DNA from: Octopus vulgaris | Taxonomy: Eukaryota | DNA length: 64,000 nt | NCBI GenBank assembly: GCA_951406725.2 | Contig: OX597816.1 | Location: forward strand, 37,262,001-37,326,000 | Direction of reading: 5' to 3' | Shown here: piece after piece, positions 55,839 to 64,000 of the stretch | Numbering within the stretch: position 1 is the first letter of the stretch | Layout of the letters: the number at the start of each line of letters is the position of its first letter | Notes under the pieces: generated by a model | The model's input: only the letters and a program-made list of their open reading frames with translations | Databases searched by the model: none | Told to the model about the DNA's origin: nothing | Translations under genes and position numbers: made by a program

Positions 55839-56074
55839 TTGTGTCGACGCCCCTAGACGATGAAGTAAGCTAGCCCAATACGTAGATATAGAGAGAGAAG
55901 TTTCATTGTTATATTGCAATACTACACAGTGGCTGTGTGAGCTACGAAATCCTTGTCGCCACTGTTATATCGCACGTTCGGATGACCTCTACTCAACTCT
56001 TCGACGTCTAGACTTCTCCCTCTATATCTACGTATTGGGCTAGCCTACTTCATCGTCTGGGGGCGTCGACGCAA
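55839..56074. repeat. Inverted repeat with arms of about 63 bp and a spacer of about 110 bp
   Basis: GTCGACGCCCCTAGACGATGAAGTA.GCTAGCCCAATACGTAGATATAGAG and its reverse complement. Confidence 0.9.
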
Positions 56075-57564
56075 CATCCTAACCCCGTAAGCATTTATCT
56101 ACATATCTTGTGGAAATTCACACACATAATACATTTTTATCTATGCATATATGTGTATATATGAGAATTTATATGGATAATATTTTACATAAAACATATA
56201 ACTACACAAATATGGATTGTATAATACACATACGTATACAGCATTTTTACGTATATGATAATAAATGCATATTTCCATATACTTTAGTTTGCACACAGCA
56301 TGCATTCACATTTTCTACACATACATACATCTCTTACAGATATAAGCATCCGTAATATCTCTCAGCACAATAATGCATGCACTGATATATTAGTGTCATC
56401 AAGATCAAAACCAATATAAAGGAGACAGCCTCTGCCAAAATACCTGAATAGTTAATCCTTATATTTATATCTATACCATCTAATAACGCTTGAAGTCTTG
56501 TAAAATCCCACATAACAAATCCCAAATAGGGATGGTTTATCACTATTTTGAATGTCCAGCATTTGAAAATTGCATTCACCTACACATGACACCTAAGGTT
56601 GTGAATAAATTCCACAAATAAAGTATTTATCCATCAATGCGACGTTAAGTACTAATTTTCATTGTTTACCTCTAAATAGTCGGACGGTTGGATCTCATAG
56701 ATTACCGGCCAACTAAGAAATGAATTTATGTTTCTTCTGCTGCTGCAGTTGCCATTTTATGCCATTTACATTAGGTATTAAACGCTTTCGATACCGTTGC
56801 GACTTTCACTATTGTAAACCAGACTGCCATTGTATATTTACACAGACTTAACTACCTCCTGTATCAGAAAACGATATTGCATGGTGTCCAAGTAAAACTC
56901 ACCCATACAAAACCCAGTACCGCAAGGAATTCTGTTAAACTGGATACCCATAATGGAAAATCTCGTGTCAGTACCATCTTAACTATTTTATATTATCTTG
57001 ATTATGAACAGAAATTGACAAATTATTTCAGTAACATCACTAGAATTATATGAAATTATTCATGTTAATTTACATTAATTGAGTTGAGGATTGCCGTAAT
57101 TAACCTTTATTATATTTGTCGAATTCGTTATATAATTGCTGATAAAGGCAAACTGGAGTTTTGAAGTGTATTAAATAGCTAATGTTAACGGTTTACAGCA
57201 CGAATGTTACAGCATGCTCGACTCTGACTTTACACTACCGATGTTATGTAAATTGAATTTGTCCTCATCTGCTTTAGACTGATGTGACATTAACATAATG
57301 ATGGAATTAAAAGAGGCTATTTCTAAGAAGTACTGTTGTTGCTGTTCTTCTCTTAACAGTTTGGTTAGTGTGGGAAGGGCAAAGCCCATAAAATGTCCGT
57401 ACGTAATTATTAAATACTGGGCGTCGTTTACCGTGAATTTATCTCTACTAATAGATCCTCCTCCCTTTCATGATTAAACAGCAGATGTTATTCACAGTGA
57501 GTATAGCTTTATTCTACAGACCCATCCATAATTATGAAAGAACAGATTCTTATATATCGTTTAG

Positions 57565-57610
<46 letters not shown>

Positions 57611-57979
57611 TTATATATATATTTATATATATGTATATATATATATGTATGTATATGTATATATATATACATATATATATGTATATGTATATATGTATAT
57701 ATATATATCACATAGACCCGCCCATGATATTTAGGAAGCAACAGATGGCGCTCACTGTGAATGTATCATTTACTCCACAGATCAGTCAATAACAGTTAAA
57801 CTACTAGTGTCTTTTACTGTGAATATATTATTATTCCTCAAGCCCGCCCATAAATGCTGAACAATAGATGTCATTCACCTTTAATATGTTTTACTCCTCA
57901 AACACGCCCAATAATGAGATTATTTCAGACATTTGGAATACGTAGAGTTTCAAACTTGGAAATTCTTGTTTTGTTAACA

Positions 57980-58326
57980 GGTGGTGGTGGTGGTGGTGGT
58001 GGTGGTGGTGTTAGTGGTGCTGGTGCTGGTGCTGGTGGTGGCGCTGGCGCTGGTGGTGGTGCTGGTTGTGGTGGTGATGGTGGTGTTAGTGATGGTGGTG
58101 CTGATGGTGGTGCTGGTGGTGGTGCTGGTGGTGATGCTGGTGGTGGTGGTGATGGTGGTGTTGGTGGTGGTGGTGATGGTGGTGGTAGTGGTGGTGATGG
58201 TGGTGGTGGTGGTGATGGTGGTGGTGGTGGTGATGGTGCTGGTAGTGGCGCTGCTGGTGGTGCTGGTGGTGGTGCTGGTGGTGTTGCTGGTGCTGCTGCT
58301 GATGTTGTTGTTGTTGTTGTTGTTGT
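57980..58326. repeat. Degenerate (GGT/GAT/GCT/GTT)n trinucleotide array
   Basis: Direct reading. Confidence 0.9.
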
Positions 58327-58798
58327 TAAGCAACAAGACGGGTAAGGGTGGTTTGTTGATAGGGCTTAGGGGCGGGAGACCCCAGACGTTGGAAAAAAAA
58401 AATTTTGGTCGTCTTGTTGTAGTCGAAGGCTCTTCGTTGACGCCCGACACCACTGGGAGGTGGCCCTCGAAGGAAATGGAAATCGCCAGGTCCAAACTCT
58501 TGAACGGCTGCTGCTGCTGCTGTTGTTTATCCAGTCTCATTTTAACTCTGATCGAAAACCCTATAGTCCAAAACTATATTATGTGAAACCAGCCAATTAT
58601 TCTCGACTATGACCTCTTCTTTTAGGCCTACATTATCCAATATGTACTTTATTTTCCTCAGGGATGAGATATGGATTGAGAGAAATTTGGCGGATATTTC
58701 TAGCTGATCAAACGACTGCGTAGATACTTTCTAATTATTACCTGGTAAAGATTTTGCTACGTCTTCCAACAGGTCGCTGATTACGTAGAGGTTTTTCA

Positions 58799-59250
58799 GG
58801 ATCTTTTCGGTTTGAACGGCAGTTTTTTCTAGTGGTGTCATATGAAATTGTCACCTATAGTTAAGCTCCTAGTATCGATCTATTGCATTTCAATCTGTTT
58901 TAGGGTTAGGGTTAGTTAGGGTTGGTTAGGGTTAGGATTAGGGTTAGGGTTAGGGGTGGGGGAAGGGTATCTTTCTTTCTTCAGAAATGTAAATAAGCCC
59001 AATCTGTTTCTTAAACGAGGGACATATTCATACGGCACAGAATGTTTTTTAGCTCAATAGATGTCACTGATTGGTTGAAATTGCAGAAATTGAAGAAAAA
59101 ACAACAAATATCTTACATACTATAGAATTTTCTCAATAAAGCCAAGAGAAAAAGATGTTTTATAAACACATTCTACCAGTATACGAAGTTTGAAATTTTT
59201 TAGTTACCAAGAAATTATGTTAAAAACTGCCGTTCAAACCGAAAAGATCC
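58799..59250. mobile_element. MITE with 29-bp perfect TIRs and internal (TTAGGG)n
   Basis: GGATCTTTTCGGTTTGAACGGCAGTTTTT / AAAAACTGCCGTTCAAACCGAAAAGATCC; flanks GTTTTTCA and GTTTTTCT. Confidence 0.92.
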
Positions 59251-61242
59251 GTTTTTCTCTCATTGGTTTCTTTACAACTTAGAACAGTAAAAGTTTTATT
59301 TTGTTCAGATGAAGACACTACATCTTCGCTTGAAACTGCAGAACATCAACTTTAATGTGTGGCTACATATAGATCTCTCTAAGACTTGCCATCAGAACAG
59401 CAGCAACCAATTCAGATCATAATTTCTGAGCTGTTCTCTTTTTGTGTGCACAGTCAAAAGTACCTAACAACACAGGGAAATTGAATTTTCACAGTATCGA
59501 TTGCTAGCGCCGACGGAGAGAAAATATCAGATTTATCCGGATTAATCCTAATACTGAAAAACACAGAATACACTTCACTAATACATGACTACACAGGGCT
59601 GTCCATAATCTCCTAATAGGAATACACTTCGTCTTTCTGTCGAAATTGTTATGTTAATACGTCGGATTTATGGGAGAATGTGACCGAATATTTAATTGCC
59701 ATATACATCAGAGCCAATATAATTGAGTTGCACGGTTTCTCATTCAATGATATAAACATTGCGTAAAATGCAGTGGTTTCTTTATTTTGGTTTTTTATTT
59801 TTATTTTTTTTTTAGAAAAAAACATATTGGAGGTCATTTTCTTAAACTACACCTAGAATTTTGTATTGACGCATATTTCTTAAATATATTTAAACAACGA
59901 GTGTGCCTTCTCATTTTTTTTTTACTTCGTCAACAGGTATTATATCAATGGAGATCCTCTGATCAGTTAAGCGCACGGAGCATTTTACAACTTTATCTCA
60001 AATTTTTCTCTTAGAAAATAGACCAAAGCAATTGGCAAACAATCATGATTAAATTGTCTGTTTTAGTTGACACATTTTCGTCTAAGCTGAAAGATATATT
60101 CTATTTTAACTGCTCATTTCAAAAAGACATAAACATTTTACAGTTCCATTCTCCTCGAGTATTTTTAATTTATTCACAGCAAGAAAAAGATGTCATTTCG
60201 AAAAATAAGACTGAATTTTTACACCTAGCTGTGAATAAAAAAAAGTGTGAACATAAAAACTATCATGCTCTTAAAGCAGGTAATTTCGAAAACAAATATT
60301 TATAAACGACACAACGTATTTCGAAATACCTGAAACATGTATCAGTTATTTACTAGAAAGTCTGAAACAGTGGAGATTGCGATTGTTTGAAAATATCTAA
60401 ATGGTTATCGTAAATAAACAGAAACTAATTGGAAAGCTTTCACATTTATTTCGGGATAATTATCTCTCATCACAGGGGACGTACTATTATTACTCAGCTG
60501 TCAAAAAATTTTGAAACTAAATCGTTGTATGTTGCATTGATTTATCAGGATTAAGACCCATCCTTCTTTGACTAAAATACATTAGTCGTTCACGTAAATT
60601 TATAGAGAACACGTTAGAATAACCAGTTATATATTGGGAAACCTTAACTATGGAGAGAGATATTATGTGAAACCATCCAATTAATCTCTTAAGTAGTTTT
60701 ATTTTAACTCTACTATGATACATGTTTCATTACTGAATATTTTGTTCAGATATTTTACATATCATTCAAATTCACGTTCCATTTCAGAGTGAGATAATGG
60801 AATAAGTAATCTTTATTCAAGTCGAAAGCACTTAATAAATAACAGCGAGATTATATAATTCTGACTATGTTTATTTTTTAGGAATTGATAATTTAAATTA
60901 GACCCATGATCAATTTCTTCGGTACATTTTGTTACCTGTGAAGGTGCAATAGTACACGATTTTTTTCATTGCATTTCGTTTACATTGTTGATGTCCTGGC
61001 TATTTTTAATTCCTATTTCCACTAATTTATTGGCATACTCTATGGTATCAATGTAGATATAACTTCTGTCCCTTTTCGTTGTCAGTTAGCGTTGTTGCTA
61101 TTTGTTTCGCTTTTATTGTTTGATTGCTGTAATAATTATTTGCCTGGAGTGTACATTAAGCCAGTGTTTATCAAGCTGTGAAAACCTATTAGACTATATA
61201 TATATATATATACATATAGAAATATATATAGAAATCTCTCTC

Positions 61243-61294
<52 letters not shown>

Positions 61295-61437
61295 GGTGTT
61301 ATAGCCTGCGAGCACAATATTGAATCTCAAGACGTATTTTCTTAATTGAATAATTATTTCGTGAATATTAATTATCTGAATGGTTTCGTTGAAACTGGCG
61401 AAGCGAAAAACAAACCCACATAAATTCTCCCCTATGG

Positions 61438-61576
<139 letters not shown>

Positions 61577-61815
61577 CATAGATATTTATCCTCATATCTA
61601 TTTTTTGCCAAATAAAAACACGCACTATATATTCGTTCTTCAATCGTTTATTACTGTTGTTATTTTAACTCATATCCGGAAATTCGCCCTTATATAGAGA
61701 TATATATATCATAGAAGAATAGAATGGACTACGTGGAGCAGGTGCATACACGAGGACGGAAAGTATCACTGAAGAGGTCACATATGTGTGACAAAATATT
61801 TCCGTACAATGGGCA

Positions 61816-62445
61816 TGAATACAAAGATTCCTTCTTCAGATATTGATAGGGATTGTTCGAGTCATTGCTACAATCGGTTTTCCAAGGGTTACTTTTTGTC
61901 CGGAAGCGTCTCTGCAGTGGTCTTACGAACTTCTTTCCCGAATTCCTCATGAGAAGTGCATGAGGGCGGCCATGTCTCGAGCTCGTGTGTATTGGCACAT
62001 CTGCAGCGCTGCTTCTAAGTTATGTATTATACGTGCAGTTTCTTTTTTTCTTTCTTTTTTTTTCAATAATACATGAGCATATTATCAAAAATGAACCTAC
62101 ACGCATCCAGATGTAACTAAATAATAAATTGTTTGCCAACATCCAGTCTGTTGTTAATTTGGGGCCCTAGTCTGTCTATGAGGATAGCTTCCTTAATTCT
62201 TAGATTACCCAAATTTCTTTCATTGGCCTCAATTGTGACTGCTATGCTTTTTGTCGGTGTTCCGGCATCCGTCTAGATGTTTTTTTGAAGGAATTCCTGA
62301 AGGATCTTCGTAAGACCACTGTAGAGACGCTTCCGGAAAAAAAATTCAGTAACCGTTGGAAAACCGATTGTAGCAGTGAGTCGAACAATTCCTAGCGATC
62401 TGAAGAAGGAATTTTTGTATTCCGAAATAGTATTATTATATCAGA
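61816..62445. repeat. Inverted repeat (about 61816-61948 vs 62288-62422) ending in a hammerhead-like fold
   Basis: CCGGAAGCGTCTCTGCAGTGGTCTTACGAA / TTCGTAAGACCACTGTAGAGACGCTTCCGG. Confidence 0.88.
62397..62443 (+). ncRNA. Minimal type I hammerhead-like fold with intact core
   Basis: GAT-CTGAAGA-AGGAAT TTTTGT ATTCC-GAAA-TAG TA TTA-TT-ATATC; the inverted partner has ATAT before the core, restoring stem I. Confidence 0.65.
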
Positions 62446-62559
62446 CTGGATAATTAAATTATGATAACAGTTATTATAGTCCATTGTTGTGCCATTCAAG
62501 ACACATTATATTTTACAAACAACACACAATGCTTCGAGTGAACTACAATATATATATAT

Positions 62560-62908
62560 ATATATATATATATACGAGCAAAACGCACCACCCCCCGTCC
62601 AATGGACGGTGCTGAGTTTGTTAAACATTTATACCAAATTTTCTCAAAACAACTAGTCCGACCGTCCCATAGGCCTCCCTTTTCAGAAACACTGATCGCA
62701 ACAGCTGATGTACATGCGCGCACAAATGCACGTTCCCACGGTTTTATCGATCGATGAACCGGCAAACAAGCATAACATACTTTGTATGTGTAGTCGATAA
62801 TGTCTATATTATCGTTTATATTCGTTTAGAATGTTTAATTTCGTAATTGAATTTAACCTTACGTTTACATCGCCGCGGCATACCAGCAAATGTTTCTTAA
62901 ACTAGTTG
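62560..62908 (+). mobile_element. Possible short Helitron-like element
   Basis: Starts in (TA)n, ends GCCGCGGC..TTAAACTAG|T; terminal hairpin weak. Confidence 0.3.
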
Positions 62909-64000
62909 TATATAGTTATAAACTGGCGATTCGGTTTATCCCCGGTTCGAATCAGGTACGATGGGGTAAAATAACTGAAATATCGATACTCATCGCCCTC
63001 CTTCACGGGTCGATTCATTTCGACTTGGTTTGAACCGTGTTGTTTAACAGTCAGCGTCTTAAAAGGACTTTCCTGAGACGAAATACCGCAGCCGAAGAGG
63101 ATTTAAACAAAACGCATACATTAAGAATTTGCCATCAATAATGTTTACATCCTTAGGAGCTACTGAAATATATACACACAAGTTAGCACATAGATGCAAA
63201 ACAGTATGGAAAAAATAGTACTCGAATACCAAAGGTAGAGTAATATACTACTTCATTGAAGCCGAAACTTACAATTTATCAATATTTTTACTAGTCTGTA
63301 TTACCATAGCTGAAACGGTAGCACGAAACTCTGAGTAACAGCTTGTGAATATACTGTACATAATTGTTCGAGTGTATACGTTGTTAAGTGGAAAACCCGA
63401 ATAGTTAATAAAGCAAGGTGCATTCAAAGAGTCCAACACTGAACCAGTACACTCATACCCACCACCACTCGGATTCGGTTTATACTGCAGAGCACTGACT
63501 GATTCTATCACCTTTCGTAGAACTAAATACTTTAGATAGGTTGACGTAAATAGTTATTTAATTCGATTGGGAAAAATCAATAATTTAAATTGGATATTAC
63601 GAGTAATATTCTTCATTGCATGTCGTTTCTGTTATCTAAATTCATTTCTCTGGCAGTATTAACTCAGACGAATGAACCAAGATTTGACCTCAAAATGCTT
63701 TGTATTTATTTTAAAAGTTCCAGGTGGGTTCTTGTGCGAGTGCAAGCATTTGTGCACGTGTGTATTTATGTGTATGTATTCCCGCGCATCCTAAAGTATG
63801 TTTAATGGTATCTTGTTGAATGAATAGGCGTATATGTTGCGTGAAATTTCAGCACTGCTTGAATAGCTGTCTTCGTCAAAGTGTCAAATGTGATATATCA
63901 ATAGAGGATAAACTATCATACTTTGGGAATGTACACAGGCGTTATGTGGAATTTGTTCAACGCGATAATTCCTCGATGACCTTCGATTGATTATAAGAGT

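Noticed and set aside
57854-58586. Gly-rich and Val-rich plus-strand ORFs
   Set aside because: Products of the (GGT)n array with no start or splice support.
58899-58968. Chromosome-fusion telomere scar
   Set aside because: Short, single orientation and inside a TIR-bounded MITE.
59520-59580. U2 snRNA-like stretch on the minus strand
   Set aside because: Only patchy similarity; lacks the 5' stem, exact branch-pairing motif and Sm site.

Overview
AT-rich, repeat-saturated animal DNA. The SINE families and microsatellite spectrum suggest an octopus genome (inference from recognition, not a database match). No intact protein-coding gene is supportable; nearly all listed ORFs are microsatellite artefacts or decayed transposon frames. 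Contents: about 20 copies of four SINE families (three with tRNA-like heads), several decayed Penelope-like elements (PLE; RT and GIY-YIG motifs), a near full-length mariner, maT and mariner remnants, CR1-group, RTE, Tx1 and R4/Dong LINE fragments, a Helitron-like element and a (TTAGGG)n-containing MITE. The most interesting unannotated signal is a dispersed set of about 10 type I hammerhead-ribozyme-like folds. Many lie inside foldback or inverted-repeat elements; several have large loop II inserts, non-canonical cores or an apparent tandem arrangement. All folds were derived by eye and element boundaries are approximate.
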